DNA from: an uncultured Sulfitobacter sp.
Lineage (GTDB): Bacteria > Pseudomonadota > Alphaproteobacteria > Rhodobacterales > Rhodobacteraceae
NCBI GenBank assembly: GCA_964636575.1
Contig: CAZWSE010000001.1
Coordinates: 36,669-100,668, forward strand
Direction: 5' to 3'
DNA: 64,000 bases
Of the stretch, positions 10,993 through 22,392 are shown in pieces. The notes beneath the pieces were generated by a model, which made no database searches, had not been told where the DNA came from, and was given only the letters and a program-made list of their open reading frames with translations. The stretch's first letter is position 1. Every line of letters starts with the position of its first letter. The position numbers and the translations under genes are program-made.

Positions 10993-11001
10993 AGGTCACC
11001 T

Positions 11002-12066
11002 CTATTTCCGGTCAGAAATCATCTTCCCAACCAGTTGCGCCGTGTAATCGACAATCGGAACAATTCGCCCATAATTTAGGCGAGTCGGACCAATGACGCC
11101 CACGGCACCAACAATCTTACGGTCTGCGTTCATATATGGGGAAACCACCAAAGAGGAACCCGAAAGTGAAAAAAGTTTGTTTTCAGAGCCAATAAAAATG
11201 CGCACACCTTCGCCTTGCTCGGTCAATTCCAAGAATTCCGCGATATCGCGTTTGCGTTCAAGGTCATCAAACAAGTGTCTAATGCGCTCAAGACCGGCTT
11301 CTTCTTCCTCTGAACCCAGAAGATTCGAGCGTCCGCGAACAATCAAGCGCTCCCCGTGCTCGCCTTCATTCTGCCAAAGCGCCAAGCCGCTTTCGACCAT
11401 ATCTTGCGCAAGAACATCGATCTCTTGCCGGCGAGATGCGATTTCGCGCGCGACAGACCCTTGCATATCGCTGATGGTTTTCCCTTCGATCAGTGCATTT
11501 AGAAAATTGGCGGCTTCGCGCATTGAGCTTGGCGTTTGTCCGGGTGGTGGCGTGAACACACGGTTTTCGACGTGACCGTCAGCGAAAACCAGTACAACAA
11601 GCGCACGATCCTGTGCCAGCGATACAAACTCAATGTGTTTCAGCGCTGCTTCGTGCTTTGGCGTAAGAACAAGCGACGCACCTTGCGTCACGCCCGACAA
11701 AGCTGATCCAAGCCGGTCGAGCATTCCAGTCACATCTGACGCATTATCGCCCATTGTAGCATCAATCTTCGCCCGGTCCCCTTGATCAAGGCTTCCGACC
11801 TCCAGCAACCCGTCCACGAACATGCGTAGACCCATTTGCGTCGGCACTCGGCCTGCACTGATGTGTGGGCTGTCGAGCAGACCCATAAACTCAAGGTCTT
11901 GCATAACATTGCGGATGGTCGCGGCGCTTACCTTCTCAGACAGCTCTCGCGTCAGTGTCCTACTGCCGACAGGATCCCCGCTTGACAGATACCCTTCTAC
12001 AACCCGCCGAAATACTTCGCGGGATCGGTCGTTCATATCGCTGAGAAGTTCTGAACTGTCAGTCAT
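11002..12066 (-). CDS. hrcA: Heat-inducible transcription repressor HrcA
   Basis: N-terminal winged-helix region (RSREVFRRVVEGYLSSGDPVGSRTL), family length with ATG at 12066, hrcA-grpE operon. Confidence 0.9.
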   Translation of the reverse strand: MTDSSELLSDMNDRSREVFRRVVEGYLSSGDPVGSRTLTRELSEKVSAATIRNVMQDLEFMGLLDSPHISAGRVPTQMGLRMFVDGLLEVGSLDQGDRAKIDATMGDNASDVTGMLDRLGSALSGVTQGASLVLTPKHEAALKHIEFVSLAQDRALVVLVFADGHVENRVFTPPPGQTPSSMREAANFLNALIEGKTISDMQGSVAREIASRRQEIDVLAQDMVESGLALWQNEGEHGERLIVRGRSNLLGSEEEEAGLERIRHLFDDLERKRDIAEFLELTEQGEGVRIFIGSENKLFSLSGSSLVVSPYMNADRKIVGAVGVIGPTRLNYGRIVPIVDYTAQLVGKMISDRK

Positions 12067-12179
12067 GGGCTCTGTTTTCCGGCTCCTTAGGTAACGAGAC
12101 ATAATTGCAAACGTCAATCGGGGTTGCATCATTGGGCCAGCGGGCGGTATCCCCAAACCAACTGGCATAGGAGCCCATA

Positions 12180-12893
12180 ATGCGACCTTCTGGACGGAAC
12201 TTAGACGATCTGCGCAGCGTTTCAATTGAAACAGGTGTCACGAAGCATGCTGAAGGATCGTGCATGATGAAAATGGGCGACACCCATGTTTTGTGTACTG
12301 CAACTATTGAAGACAGAGTGCCCCCGTTTATCAAAGGGTCTGGCCTTGGTTGGGTGACAGCCGAATACGGCATGTTGCCCCGCGCAACCAACACACGAAT
12401 GCGGCGCGAAGCTGCGTCTGGCAAACAAGGTGGCAGGACTGTCGAAATCCAACGCTTGATCGGGCGCAGCCTGCGGGCGGGCGTCGATCGCTCTGCTTTG
12501 GGTGAGCGTCAGATCACCGTTGATTGCGATGTGATTCAAGCAGACGGCGGAACGCGCTGCGCCTCCATCACTGGCGGCTGGGTCGCGCTGCGTTTGGCCG
12601 TGAACAAACTGATGAAAGCAGGCGATGTGGTCAGCGATCCTTTGGTCGACCCCGTTGCGGCCATCAGTTGCGGAATCTACGCAGGCCAACCCGTTCTAGA
12701 CCTTGACTATCCCGAGGATTCCGAAGCCGGCGTCGACGGTAACTTCATCATGACTGGGTCAGGTCGCTTGATCGAAGTTCAAATGTCAGCCGAAGGATCT
12801 ACATATACCCGCGATGAGATGAACCAGCTAATGGACCTTGCCGAAAAAGGCGTGGCCGAATTGGTTGCGGCGCAAAAGGCCGCTACATCGTGA
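12180..12893 (+). CDS. rph: Ribonuclease PH
   Basis: MRPSGR...[12 protein letters not shown]...[16 protein letters not shown], full-length RNase PH. Confidence 0.95.
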   Translation: MRPSGRNLDDLRSVSIETGVTKHAEGSCMMKMGDTHVLCTATIEDRVPPFIKGSGLGWVTAEYGMLPRATNTRMRREAASGKQGGRTVEIQRLIGRSLRAGVDRSALGERQITVDCDVIQADGGTRCASITGGWVALRLAVNKLMKAGDVVSDPLVDPVAAISCGIYAGQPVLDLDYPEDSEAGVDGNFIMTGSGRLIEVQMSAEGSTYTRDEMNQLMDLAEKGVAELVAAQKAATS

Positions 12894-13501
12894 CCCGCAA
12901 ATTCTTTGGCGACCGGCTTTTGGTGGCGACACACAACGCAGGCAAGCTGGAAGAAATGGTCGAGCTTTTGACGCCCTTCGGCGTGTCTGTTGTTGGCGCT
13001 GCTGAAATGAACTTGCCGGAGCCTGAGGAAACAGAAGACACATTTGTTGGCAACGCGCGGATCAAAGCGCATGCAGCCGCAAAAGCGACAGGCCTTCCTG
13101 CCTTGTCGGATGACAGCGGCATAGAGGTTGATGCATTGAACGGTGCGCCTGGCGTATACACCGCAGATTGGGCCGAAACCCCGAACGGTCGCGACTTCGT
13201 CATGGCAATGACCCGCACACATAGCGAACTTGAGGCCGTGAATGCCGGTTATCCGCGCACAGCCCGGTTCTGTTCGACCATGGTTTTGGCTTGGCCGGAC
13301 GGACACGACGATGTTTTTGCGGGAAAGGTCGAGGGTACTCTCGTCTGGCCTATGCGTGGTGCACAGGGGCACGGATACGATCCGATGTTTCAGCCAATTG
13401 GGCACGATCAAACCTTCGCTGAAATGACCCACGACGAAAAGAACAAGATCAGCCACCGCGCAGATGCGTTCAAAAAGTTCATCGCAGGCTGTTTTGAGTG
13501 A
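12890..13501 (+). CDS. rdgB: Non-canonical purine NTP pyrophosphatase RdgB/HAM1
   Basis: [34 protein letters not shown] motifs. GTG start overlapping the rph stop. Confidence 0.9.
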   Translation: MTRKFFGDRLLVATHNAGKLEEMVELLTPFGVSVVGAAEMNLPEPEETEDTFVGNARIKAHAAAKATGLPALSDDSGIEVDALNGAPGVYTADWAETPNGRDFVMAMTRTHSELEAVNAGYPRTARFCSTMVLAWPDGHDDVFAGKVEGTLVWPMRGAQGHGYDPMFQPIGHDQTFAEMTHDEKNKISHRADAFKKFIAGCFE

Positions 13502-14651
13502 AGATTGGCAAAATGGTGGGTTTGGGCTTTATGTCCACTGGCCTTTTTGTCAGGCGAAATGCCCTTACTGTGACTTCAACAGCCACGTTTCAGCAACAAT
13601 AGACCAGTCCGCGTGGCGGCTTGCTTTGGTCAGCGAGCTGAAACGCGTTGCAGCACTAACGCCAGGCCGCGTTCTGAACAGTATCTTTTTCGGCGGCGGA
13701 ACGCCCAGTCTTATGGATCCGTCTACTGTCGCGGCGATTATTGAAAAAGCCAGTGAGCTGTGGACGCCTGCAAACAACATCGAGATCACGCTGGAAGCCA
13801 ACCCAACATCGGTCGAGGCCGGTAGGTTTCAAGGTTATAAAACAGCGGGCGTGAACAGAATATCGATGGGCATACAGGCGCTGGATGACGCGGACCTCAA
13901 GGCGCTGGGGCGCTTGCACACGGTGTCTGAGGCCAAAGCTGCGTTCGAGATTGCTCGAAACACTTTTGATAGGGTCAGTTTCGATCTGATCTATGCACGG
14001 CAAAATCAGTCTCTAACACGGTGGGAATCGGAGCTTTCCGACGCCCTGAGGCTCGCTATTGATCATTTGTCTCTCTATCAACTGACCATTGAAGATGGGA
14101 CTGCTTTTGGCGACAGATATAAGCGTGGTGCACTACGAGGCCTACCAAGCGACGACCTATCTGCGGACATGTTCCAGCTTACTCAAGACATAACGTCCGC
14201 TGCAGGAATGCCTGCTTACGAAGTATCCAACCATGCGCGTGCGGATCAGCAGTCACTGCACAATCTTATTTACTGGACTTATGGTGATTACGCTGGAATT
14301 GGACCTGGAGCACATGGTCGTTTGACTCTGGGCGGTCAGCGCCACGCGTCGGAGGCATACAGCAATCCGGCCAAGTGGCTTGAGCTGGCAAAGCGTGGAA
14401 ATGCAGACAAATCAGTAACTACTGTATCAAATGAAGATCAGGCCACCGAGATGTTGCTGATGGGCCTGCGGCTGCACGATGGTATCGACACGCGCAGGTT
14501 CGAGAAGCTAAACGGCAAAACTCTAGACCCCCAAACAGTCCAAGACCTAGAAGACCTAGGGATGATAAAGGTGGGTAAACATAATTTATCTGTTACAAAT
14601 CAAGGGCTTATGGTTCTAAATTCGATTATAGGCAAGCTGCTAACTGCTTAG
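13464..14651 (+). CDS. hemW: Radical SAM heme chaperone HemW (HemN-like, oxygen-independent coproporphyrinogen oxidase family)
   Basis: CxxxCxxC cluster motif ([10 protein letters not shown]) and GGGTPS. Conserved rph-rdgB-hemW order. The start could also be the TTG at 13494. Confidence 0.85.
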   Translation: MRSKSSSQAVLSEDWQNGGFGLYVHWPFCQAKCPYCDFNSHVSATIDQSAWRLALVSELKRVAALTPGRVLNSIFFGGGTPSLMDPSTVAAIIEKASELWTPANNIEITLEANPTSVEAGRFQGYKTAGVNRISMGIQALDDADLKALGRLHTVSEAKAAFEIARNTFDRVSFDLIYARQNQSLTRWESELSDALRLAIDHLSLYQLTIEDGTAFGDRYKRGALRGLPSDDLSADMFQLTQDITSAAGMPAYEVSNHARADQQSLHNLIYWTYGDYAGIGPGAHGRLTLGGQRHASEAYSNPAKWLELAKRGNADKSVTTVSNEDQATEMLLMGLRLHDGIDTRRFEKLNGKTLDPQTVQDLEDLGMIKVGKHNLSVTNQGLMVLNSIIGKLLTA

Positions 14652-15533
14652 CAATCCGCACAGCCGGTCCAAAGCTTCAAGATTCGCATACTTGACGGTC
14701 AATTGACCGCTTTCGCCAGAGCCTTTGTGCTCAATCGATACCTTCATGCCTAAAGCCGCACTAAGGTCGCCCTCAAGCGCTAAGGTGTCAGCGTCCTTGG
14801 TCTGTGCTTTAGTTCCGCCGCCCTTCTGCTTAGTCGGACCGCCCTGCCCTTCAACACGGACCATCTCTTCGGTCTTGCGAACCGACCAGCGTTCGGCGAT
14901 CGCCCGCTTCGCCATCGCCAAGGGAGCTTCCGCCATAAGCAATGCCCGAGCATGACCTGCACTAATTTTACCTTCTTGGACAAAGCCAAGAACATCTTCT
15001 GGCAAGTTGAGCAAACGCATCAAGTTGGCAATGTGGCTCCGGCTTTTACCCAAAGCTTCCGACAGCTTTTCTTGAGTGTGACCGAACTTGTCCATCAACT
15101 GCTTGTACCCGGCGGCTTCTTCAATCGGGTTGAGGTCAGCGCGCTGAATGTTCTCGATAATCGCAATTTCAAGAACTTCGGTGTCGTTCAAGTCGCGAAC
15201 AACCACCGGCAGATCATGTAGGTTAGCAGCTTGTGCCGCGCGCCATCGCCGTTCCCCTGCGACGATCTCAAACTGATCCTTGCCTTTGGGCCGCACGATC
15301 AAAGGCTGGATAACACCTTTTTCTTTAACCGACGCAGTGAGGTCTCGCAGGTCTTCTTCTGCGAAACGTCGGCGCGGCTGGTCAGGGTTTGGTTTGATAT
15401 TCTCAATCGGGATGCGTCGGTCAGCTGTACGAGGCGCCCCCGGTTCAGCGACTTGGTTCTCTGGGCCGACATCCGCCATCAGGGCAGAAAGACCTCTACC
15501 CAGACCGCGTTTCTTCTCTTTCTTATCTGCCAT
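14640..15533 (-). CDS. parB: Chromosome partitioning protein ParB
   Basis: GLGRGLSAL, IVAGERRWRAA (CTP-binding box), HTH region. ATG at 15533. Confidence 0.95.
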   Translation of the reverse strand: MADKKEKKRGLGRGLSALMADVGPENQVAEPGAPRTADRRIPIENIKPNPDQPRRRFAEEDLRDLTASVKEKGVIQPLIVRPKGKDQFEIVAGERRWRAAQAANLHDLPVVVRDLNDTEVLEIAIIENIQRADLNPIEEAAGYKQLMDKFGHTQEKLSEALGKSRSHIANLMRLLNLPEDVLGFVQEGKISAGHARALLMAEAPLAMAKRAIAERWSVRKTEEMVRVEGQGGPTKQKGGGTKAQTKDADTLALEGDLSAALGMKVSIEHKGSGESGQLTVKYANLEALDRLCGLLSS

Positions 15534-15546
15534 GTTTGCCTCCGTT

Positions 15547-16374
15547 CTAAGCCGCTGTACGCGACGCATGTTTATTCAAAAGCTCTTTTGCGAGATCAAT
15601 ATAAGCGCGTGAACCCTTTGATTTTGGGTCATATTCCAGTGCGGACATTGCAAAGGAAGGTGCCTCACTTAATCGAACGTTACGCGGTATTTTCGTCTGA
15701 AATACAAGATCGCCTAGGTTGTCCCGAGCATCAGATTCGACCTGCTGAGACAGATTGTTCCGCGTGTCAAACATGGTGAGGACAACGCCCTCTAGACGAA
15801 GCTCAGGGTTGGCTGTTTGCCGCACCTCACGAACTGTGAGCATCAGTTGCGAAAGCCCCTCTAGCGCGAAGAACTCAGACTGTAACGGCACAAGAACAGA
15901 ATGGGACGCCACCATCGCGTTGATCGTGAGAAGATTTAGTGATGGCGGGCAATCGATCAAAACGTAGTCGAATTCAAATCGATCCATCGCCGTTTGCCGC
16001 AGGGCATCGTGCAGCAGGAAGCTTCGGCGTTCATTTGAGACCAACTCCATATCGGCAGAGCTTAAGTCAACAGTTGCGGGAATGATCTTCAACCGATCCA
16101 TATTCGTCGGTAATACAATGTCCTCTAGCACTACATCGTCTAGCAATAGATCATATGTAGTCAGTTTACGGTCGTCAACATCTACACCTAGTCCCGTAGA
16201 GGCGTTCCCCTGCGGATCGAGGTCTATGAGAAGAACATGGCACCCATTTTGAACAAGTCCAGCGGCGAGATTAATTGAAGTGGTTGTCTTCCCTACGCCA
16301 CCTTTTTGGTTGGCAATCGAAATAATCTTCGGCCCTTGTGGACGAGAATGATCAAGCACGCTGCACTCCTGCAA
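15547..16374 (-). CDS. parA: Chromosome partitioning ATPase ParA/Soj
   Basis: Deviant Walker A NQKGGVGKTT, followed by parB. Confidence 0.95.
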   Translation of the reverse strand: MQECSVLDHSRPQGPKIISIANQKGGVGKTTTSINLAAGLVQNGCHVLLIDLDPQGNASTGLGVDVDDRKLTTYDLLLDDVVLEDIVLPTNMDRLKIIPATVDLSSADMELVSNERRSFLLHDALRQTAMDRFEFDYVLIDCPPSLNLLTINAMVASHSVLVPLQSEFFALEGLSQLMLTVREVRQTANPELRLEGVVLTMFDTRNNLSQQVESDARDNLGDLVFQTKIPRNVRLSEAPSFAMSALEYDPKSKGSRAYIDLAKELLNKHASRTAA

Positions 16375-16969
16375 TCTTCAAGATAACCGCATCTGGTTCT
16401 GTTCTACTGCTAACCGCTTTGTAATCGAACTTCCACTGCTCTTGTGCCAACAAAAGCTCTTCCTTCCAGCGCGCGCCTTTCATAAAGAGCCCCTCTGCCC
16501 CATCGTTCGCATGTGTTTGAAAATACCCTAGAAGCGAAGAGAGATCCGCTAAGGCACGGGCTGAGATGACGTCTGCCCCCTGTGGCTTCGCGGCTTCTAT
16601 ACGTCCGGACACAACAGTCCCAGCAACACCGGTTTCACGCAACACAGTACGCAAGAATACAGCCTTGCGCTGATCGCTTTCAACAAGGGACACCTTCATG
16701 TCCTTGGCAAACTCATCGGCAAGTATAGCCACGACACACCCAGGGAATCCCCCACCACTGCCCAAATCTAACCAGTGATTTCCGGTGCTCATTTCGAATA
16801 TCTGCACAGAATCAACAATATGGCGATTCCAGACGCTGTCGATCGTCGACTTGGCCACGAGATTGATGCTTGGATTCCACTTTCGCACCAAACTTTCATA
16901 TAGCCGTAGGCGCTCGAGTGTTTCACGTGAAACATCCGCCTCTGTGACTTTAGCCCTCTTCTCGCTCAC
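16352..16969 (-). CDS. rsmG: 16S rRNA (guanine527-N7)-methyltransferase RsmG (GidB)
   Basis: SAM-binding [10 protein letters not shown]; position between mnmG and parA. Confidence 0.9.
   Translation of the reverse strand: MSEKRAKVTEADVSRETLERLRLYESLVRKWNPSINLVAKSTIDSVWNRHIVDSVQIFEMSTGNHWLDLGSGGGFPGCVVAILADEFAKDMKVSLVESDQRKAVFLRTVLRETGVAGTVVSGRIEAAKPQGADVISARALADLSSLLGYFQTHANDGAEGLFMKGARWKEELLLAQEQWKFDYKAVSSRTEPDAVILKIAGVQRA
16919..16934. promoter_or_regulatory. parS centromere site (perfect 16-bp palindrome TGTTTCACGTGAAACA) inside the rsmG 5-prime coding region
   Basis: Exact match to the canonical parS palindrome, read directly at 16919-16934. About 550 bp from the parA start. Confidence 0.85.
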
Positions 16970-18843
16970 GCCCTCTTTTTCCTGTCATGTTGACGAAGCT
17001 TGGCAAGCAGCAACGCAAGCGCAGCTGGTGTCATCCCGTCCACTCTGGATGCTTGCGATAGGTTTTCTGGCTGAGTGCGGATCAGCTTGCCCTTCAGTTC
17101 ATTCGACAAACCGTTCAGTGCATCATAGTCGAAGTCTGCAGGTATTTTCTGCGCCTCATCCTTCTTAAGAGACATAACCTCACGGTTCTGGCGCTCGATG
17201 TACGTGACGTACAGAGCCTCTCTCTCCAACTGAGCTACTGTTTCCATGTCCTGCTGCTTAAGTGTTGGCGCAAGCTCAAACAGATCTGAGAATTGAACAT
17301 TGGGAAACGCGAGCACTTGCTGCAGCGTACGACGTGATCCATCTTGTTTGACGTCAATTCCAGAAGACTGGAGTTGTGTCGGAGAAAAGCTCTCGGAGGT
17401 GAGCGCCTCTCTGCCCACCACCAAACGATCCATCTTATTCTTGAAAGCTGCTTCGCGTGGCGCACCAACACAGCCCAAGCTTGTACCAAGCGGCGTCAGG
17501 CGCTGATCCGCATTATCTGCCCGCAGGGACAAGCGGAACTCGGCGCGCGACGTGAACATGCGGTAGGGCTCCAAGACACCACGCGTGGTCAAATCATCTA
17601 TCATAACCCCGATGTAGCTGTCGGCCCTGCTCATGACGACTGGATCTTCTCCTCGCACACTGAGTGCCGCATTCAAGCCGGCGACCAAGCCCTGCGCGGC
17701 AGCCTCTTCATAGCCCGTTGTTCCGTTGATCTGACCGGCCAGATAAAGCCCAGGTACAGATTTAGTTTGCAAGTCAGCCCCAAGCGCGCGCGGATCAACG
17801 TAGTCGTATTCTATGGCATAGCCCGGTTGAAGTATCTTTGCCTCTTCTAATCCCACAATCGAATGCACGTAGTCCATTTGCACATCTAAGGGCAGGGACG
17901 TCGAAATCCCGTTGGGGTATACCGCATCAGTTGTAAGCCCCTCTGGTTCAAGGAAAATCTGGTGTGAGGTCTTATCAGCAAACCGTACAATCTTGTCCTC
18001 TATGGAGGGACAATATCTTGGTCCTACGCCCTCTATATGACCACCATACATAGCTGAGCGATCCAAGTTTTCTCGGATAATCTCGTGAGTCCTCTCGTTT
18101 GTGTGTGTGATCCCGCAAGACACCTGCTGCGCAACGGGCGAATTGGACAGAAACGAGAACATGGTAGGCTCATCGTCCCCTGGCTGCTCTTCAAGGCCAG
18201 TCCAGTCAATCGTTTTTGTGTCAAGACGGGGAGGGGTGCCAGTCTTGAGTCGCCCCAACGGCAAATCAAAGGAATCAATACGTTCGGCGAGCTTGATGGA
18301 GGGCTTTTCTCCCATTCGACCGCCAGACCTCGCTTGATCTCCCACGTGGATAACCCCGCGCAAGAATGTACCAGTGGTGAGTACCACAGCGCTACTTTTC
18401 AATGTGCTGCCGTCCGCAAGAAGAACACCACCAACCCTGTCGCCAATCATAACGAAATCAACAACTTCGCCCACGATCACTTGAAGATCTTGTTGTGCCT
18501 CAACGTGACGAAGGACAGCTTTCCTGTACAGATCCCTGTCGGCTTGTGCCCGAGGTCCCTGTACAGCAGGACCTTTACGACGGTTCAAAAGGCGGAACTG
18601 AATACCGGCGGCGTCAGCACAACGCCCCATGACTCCATCCAAAGCATCGATTTCGCGTACCAGATGACCCTTTCCCAACCCACCAATTGCGGGATTACAG
18701 GACATTACTCCGATCCCCTCATGAGTCAGAGTCACAAGTCCAGTCCGGGCACCCATACGAGCTGATGAAAGCGCGCCCTCAACACCCGCGTGACCGCCGC
18801 CGATGACAAGTACATCAAAATCATTTTGTTTCACGTGAAACAC
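16966..18843 (-). CDS. mnmG: tRNA uridine-5-carboxymethylaminomethyl modification enzyme MnmG (GidA)
   Basis: FAD motif VIGGGHAG and full-length conservation. Apparent GTG start. Confidence 0.97.
   Translation of the reverse strand: MFHVKQNDFDVLVIGGGHAGVEGALSSARMGARTGLVTLTHEGIGVMSCNPAIGGLGKGHLVREIDALDGVMGRCADAAGIQFRLLNRRKGPAVQGPRAQADRDLYRKAVLRHVEAQQDLQVIVGEVVDFVMIGDRVGGVLLADGSTLKSSAVVLTTGTFLRGVIHVGDQARSGGRMGEKPSIKLAERIDSFDLPLGRLKTGTPPRLDTKTIDWTGLEEQPGDDEPTMFSFLSNSPVAQQVSCGITHTNERTHEIIRENLDRSAMYGGHIEGVGPRYCPSIEDKIVRFADKTSHQIFLEPEGLTTDAVYPNGISTSLPLDVQMDYVHSIVGLEEAKILQPGYAIEYDYVDPRALGADLQTKSVPGLYLAGQINGTTGYEEAAAQGLVAGLNAALSVRGEDPVVMSRADSYIGVMIDDLTTRGVLEPYRMFTSRAEFRLSLRADNADQRLTPLGTSLGCVGAPREAAFKNKMDRLVVGREALTSESFSPTQLQSSGIDVKQDGSRRTLQQVLAFPNVQFSDLFELAPTLKQQDMETVAQLEREALYVTYIERQNREVMSLKKDEAQKIPADFDYDALNGLSNELKGKLIRTQPENLSQASRVDGMTPAALALLLAKLRQHDRKKRA
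18827..18842. promoter_or_regulatory. parS centromere site (perfect TGTTTCACGTGAAACA) overlapping the mnmG initiation codons
   Basis: Exact 16-bp palindrome at 18827-18842. It forms codons 1-6 (GTG TTT CAC GTG AAA CAA) of the mnmG ORF. Confidence 0.85.
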
Positions 18844-18847
18844 TCCA

Positions 18848-20128
18848 TCACTTACCGATGCAAAAACTCAAGAAGATTTCGTCCAGAAGGGACTCGACAT
18901 CAATGCGCCCTATTAGCGACTCTAGTCGTCGAATCGCAACGCGTATCTCATCCGCTGCTATATCATAGTGATCTTGACCGACCTGCAGTAATCGTCGCGC
19001 TTCATCCAAAGCGGTTGAGGCCTCTGTCATTGCAACCCTGTGCCTGTGCCGGGTCGAGACACCAGATCGCTGTGCTTTATTCGATAGGGCCTCCGATAGT
19101 CTCCCTACTAAGGCTTCGATTCCATATCCCGTTAAGCCCGATACACCGTCAACCGGTGACCCTTCATCAGACTTCGCCATCAGTACAATATCCCCATCTC
19201 GAGCCGGGATGCCCGTATGCTGTGGGTCCTCAGACAGAATTACACGTATGTCAGCCGACTCGGCGCGTTCCAGCGCTCGGGCTATACCAATCTTTTCTAC
19301 CGCATCGTCCGTATCACGCACGCCCGCCGTGTCCAGAAAAGTCACAGGCAGACCGGACAGATCCATTCGGACCTCAATCACATCCCGTGTCGTCCCAGCA
19401 ACTTCGGACGTAATGGCAGCCTCTCGTCCAGCTAAGTTATTGATTAAAGTGGATTTTCCTGTATTTGGGGCGCCAATGATGGCAACCTCAAACCCTGTGC
19501 GAACACGTTCCGCTACCAAAACACCGGCAGATTCTTTTTCAAGCTCTACTTGCACAGCCTCTAACAGAGCTGAGACCTCGGGCGTCACATCCTCGGGTAC
19601 ATCTTCGTCCGCAAAATCAATCGTCGCCTCGATCAAAGATGCAGCCCGAATGAGTTTCCTCCGCCAATCTTCTACTAGATCACCCAAAGCGCCTGAAAGA
19701 ACACGAAAAGCCTGTGCGCGTTGGGCTTCTGTCTCAGCGTCGATAAGATCAGCCAGTCCTTCCACCTCAGCGAGGTCTAGCTTTTCATTCTCAAGCGCGC
19801 GACGTGTGAATTCACCAGCTTCCGCCAAGATACATCCAAGACTGCCCAATTCGTCCAGAACAGACGATACAACTGCAGTACTTCCATGCAGATGAAGCTC
19901 AACCACATCTTCGCCTGTAAAGCTGGCCGGCGCGGGAAACTGAAGAACCAAGGCTTGGTCTAACACGCGACCATCTTTTGCCGTAAGGGCACGAAGCCCA
20001 GCAAGACGGGCAGGGGGTAGCGGTCCACAAAGCGACTGAACAGCCTCAAACGCCCAAGGGCCAGACAGACGCACAACTGAAACACCCGCCTTACCAGGCG
20101 CAGACGCCAAGGCAAAAATCGTGCTCAT
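18848..20128 (-). CDS. mnmE: tRNA modification GTPase MnmE (TrmE)
   Basis: G-domain [13 protein letters not shown], and the C-terminal FCIGK motif. Confidence 0.95.
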   Translation of the reverse strand: MSTIFALASAPGKAGVSVVRLSGPWAFEAVQSLCGPLPPARLAGLRALTAKDGRVLDQALVLQFPAPASFTGEDVVELHLHGSTAVVSSVLDELGSLGCILAEAGEFTRRALENEKLDLAEVEGLADLIDAETEAQRAQAFRVLSGALGDLVEDWRRKLIRAASLIEATIDFADEDVPEDVTPEVSALLEAVQVELEKESAGVLVAERVRTGFEVAIIGAPNTGKSTLINNLAGREAAITSEVAGTTRDVIEVRMDLSGLPVTFLDTAGVRDTDDAVEKIGIARALERAESADIRVILSEDPQHTGIPARDGDIVLMAKSDEGSPVDGVSGLTGYGIEALVGRLSEALSNKAQRSGVSTRHRHRVAMTEASTALDEARRLLQVGQDHYDIAADEIRVAIRRLESLIGRIDVESLLDEIFLSFCIGK

Positions 20129-20158
20129 ATCAGATAACCCTTTGTTATAAATAACAAA

Positions 20159-21457
20159 TTAGGTGTTCATGGAATCGAAGAACTCTGAATTTGTCTTTGT
20201 CTGCTTCAACTTAGAAATCAGGAACTCAATCGCATCCGTCGTCCCCATCGGGTTCAAAATACGACGCAGCACAAAGGTCTTCTGAAGGTCCAATTTGTCG
20301 ACGAGGAGGTCCTCTTTGCGCGTACCCGATTTTAGAATATCGATGGCTGGGAAGACCCGTTTGTCTGCAATCTTCCGATCCAAAACGATTTCTGAGTTAC
20401 CGGTCCCTTTGAATTCCTCAAAGATAACTTCGTCCATGCGGCTACCAGTATCGATCAGTGCCGTGGCGACGATTGTCAGTGATCCACCTTCTTCGATGTT
20501 CCGTGCAGCCCCAAAGAAGCGCTTTGGACGTTGTAGGGCGTTCGCATCCACACCACCTGTTAGAACTTTACCAGAGGACGGCACAACCGTATTGAACGCG
20601 CGGCCAAGGCGGGTCACGGAATCTAGCAAGATCACAACGTCTCGCTTATGTTCAACCAGACGTTTGGCTTTCTCGATCACCATCTCGGCAACGGCCACGT
20701 GACGGGTTGCGGGTTCATCAAAGGTAGAGCTTACAACTTCGCCCTTAACAGAGCGCTGCATGTCTGTAACTTCTTCCGGCCGCTCATCGATCAGAAGAAC
20801 GATCAGATAGCACTCAGGATGGTTCTTTTCGATGCTATTGGCGATGTTTTGCAACAAAACAGTTTTACCAGTTCGTGGCGGCGCCACAATCAGCGAACGT
20901 TGGCCTTTCCCGATTGGAGCCACGAGATCAATAATGCGCGGAGAACGGTCTTTTACCGTTGGATCATCTACTTCCATCGTCAGACGCTCGTCTGGGTAGA
21001 GCGGCGTGAGGTTCTCAAAGGCAATTTTGTGCTTTGCCTTCTCTGGCTCTTCAAAATTGATCTTGGTCACGTTGGTTAGGGCAAAATAGCGTTCGACCTC
21101 TCCGGGAGCGACCATCATACCTTCAATCGTATCGCCGGTCCGCAAAGAATACATTCGGATCATTTCTGGCGAGACATAGATATCTTCTGGACCTGGCAAG
21201 TAGTTTGCTTCTGGTGAACGTAAAAATCCAAATCCATCTTGCAGTACTTCCAGAACACCATCTCCGAAGATTTCCCAACCTTCATCTGCACGTTCGCGCA
21301 GAATCTGGAACATCATATCGCCCTTACGCATGGTCGAGGCGTTCTCGATCTCCAGCTCTTCCGCCATCGACAGAAGGTCTTTCGGGCTACGGCCCTTAAG
21401 CTCAGCCAAAGTTAGCGTGCCTGTTACGGCATCGTCATCCACTACGTCATCAGTCAT
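20159..21457 (-). CDS. rho: Transcription termination factor Rho
   Basis: Rho N-terminal domain, cold-shock-like RNA-binding domain, Walker A PPRTGKT. Confidence 0.97.
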   Translation of the reverse strand: MTDDVVDDDAVTGTLTLAELKGRSPKDLLSMAEELEIENASTMRKGDMMFQILRERADEGWEIFGDGVLEVLQDGFGFLRSPEANYLPGPEDIYVSPEMIRMYSLRTGDTIEGMMVAPGEVERYFALTNVTKINFEEPEKAKHKIAFENLTPLYPDERLTMEVDDPTVKDRSPRIIDLVAPIGKGQRSLIVAPPRTGKTVLLQNIANSIEKNHPECYLIVLLIDERPEEVTDMQRSVKGEVVSSTFDEPATRHVAVAEMVIEKAKRLVEHKRDVVILLDSVTRLGRAFNTVVPSSGKVLTGGVDANALQRPKRFFGAARNIEEGGSLTIVATALIDTGSRMDEVIFEEFKGTGNSEIVLDRKIADKRVFPAIDILKSGTRKEDLLVDKLDLQKTFVLRRILNPMGTTDAIEFLISKLKQTKTNSEFFDSMNT

Positions 21458-21576
21458 TACATGCTCCTAAGGCCTGTCATCGCAAGCCACGCATTAGTCT
21501 ATTCTGGAAATACTCTGATGCCCGGACGGGCGGAGTGGTGCTGTCTTAGGATTTCATAAGCCATGAGTCAATAAAC

Positions 21577-22026
21577 CTAGAATTTAACAACGACCGAGAT
21601 CACGATAATGAACATCAAGATCGTCGGTACTTCGTTCATGATTCTGTACTGTCGACCTGTAAGGGTGTTTGTGTCGTTCAGGAGCTTTTTGCGCTGAACA
21701 TTCAACCATTGATGGAACCCTGTCATTGCGATCACAGAAACGGCCTTTGTCCACGGCCAAATCTCAGACCAATCAACAATTCCTGGAGTAAAAACTAATG
21801 CCAACCCAAAGACCCATGTGGCGATCATTGATGGCCGAATGATCACCCTAAACAACTTTTCTTCCATCATCTGAAAGATAGGCTGTGCATTTTCAACATT
21901 CATCGCTTGTTCAACGTGGTACACGTAGACACGCGGTAAATAAAACAGGCCTGCCATCCAAGAGACCACAGCCATAATGTGAAATGCTTTGGTCCAAGGA
22001 TAAAGATTTGCCAGAATATCGCCCAT
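21577..22026 (-). CDS. hemJ: Protoporphyrinogen IX oxidase HemJ (UPF0093 membrane protein)
   Basis: 149 aa, 4 TM segments, conserved KAFHIMAVVSWMAGLFYLPRVYVYH block typical of HemJ. Confidence 0.8.
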   Translation of the reverse strand: MGDILANLYPWTKAFHIMAVVSWMAGLFYLPRVYVYHVEQAMNVENAQPIFQMMEEKLFRVIIRPSMIATWVFGLALVFTPGIVDWSEIWPWTKAVSVIAMTGFHQWLNVQRKKLLNDTNTLTGRQYRIMNEVPTILMFIIVISVVVKF

Positions 22027-22392
22027 AGCGTCTCTCTCTTTCTGAGCCCCTCTTAATAATAAAATAAGAAAGAAAGAAAGGATGATGATTTAGTAGAGCC
22101 GTCAGAAACTGTGGATCAAATTGTTATCCCAAGAGTTTTCCATGTGGGCACAAGTTTTCAATTGATCCACAAAAGCCAAAGAAATCAGAAACTTGAAAAT
22201 TGGAATCATTGTATAAGTCTGGGATAAAACAGAATAGGAGGTATCCAAGGCGTCAGCCGATCCATCCTTTTCCACACACGGACATAAACCTGTGAAACAA
22301 CGTGAAACACAGATTGGTTTGTGCAGTTGCTAACTTCCATGGAATTGTACAAAAGAAACCCCTAACAAATCCTTTATGTCTTCCACGAGGTT
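22027..22392. other. Candidate chromosomal origin of replication (oriC)
   Basis: Longest non-coding gap in the window, AT-rich, between divergent hemJ and maf. DnaA-box-like 9-mers at 22110-22118 (reverse), 22163-22171, 22268-22276 and 22391-22399. A-rich (GAAA)n/(GAT)3 tract at 22061-22090. Origin-proximal synteny on both sides. Confidence 0.65.

Noticed and set aside
12067-12179. CIRCE operator (TTAGCACTC-N9-GAGTGCTAA) upstream of hrcA.
   Set aside because: No TTAGCAC/GTGCTAA half-sites are present in the hrcA/rph divergent region.
22053-22067. CtrA-like box TTAATAATAAAATAA at the edge of the putative oriC.
   Set aside because: The second half is ATAA, and the match sits in a generally A/T-rich tract where such near-matches arise by chance.
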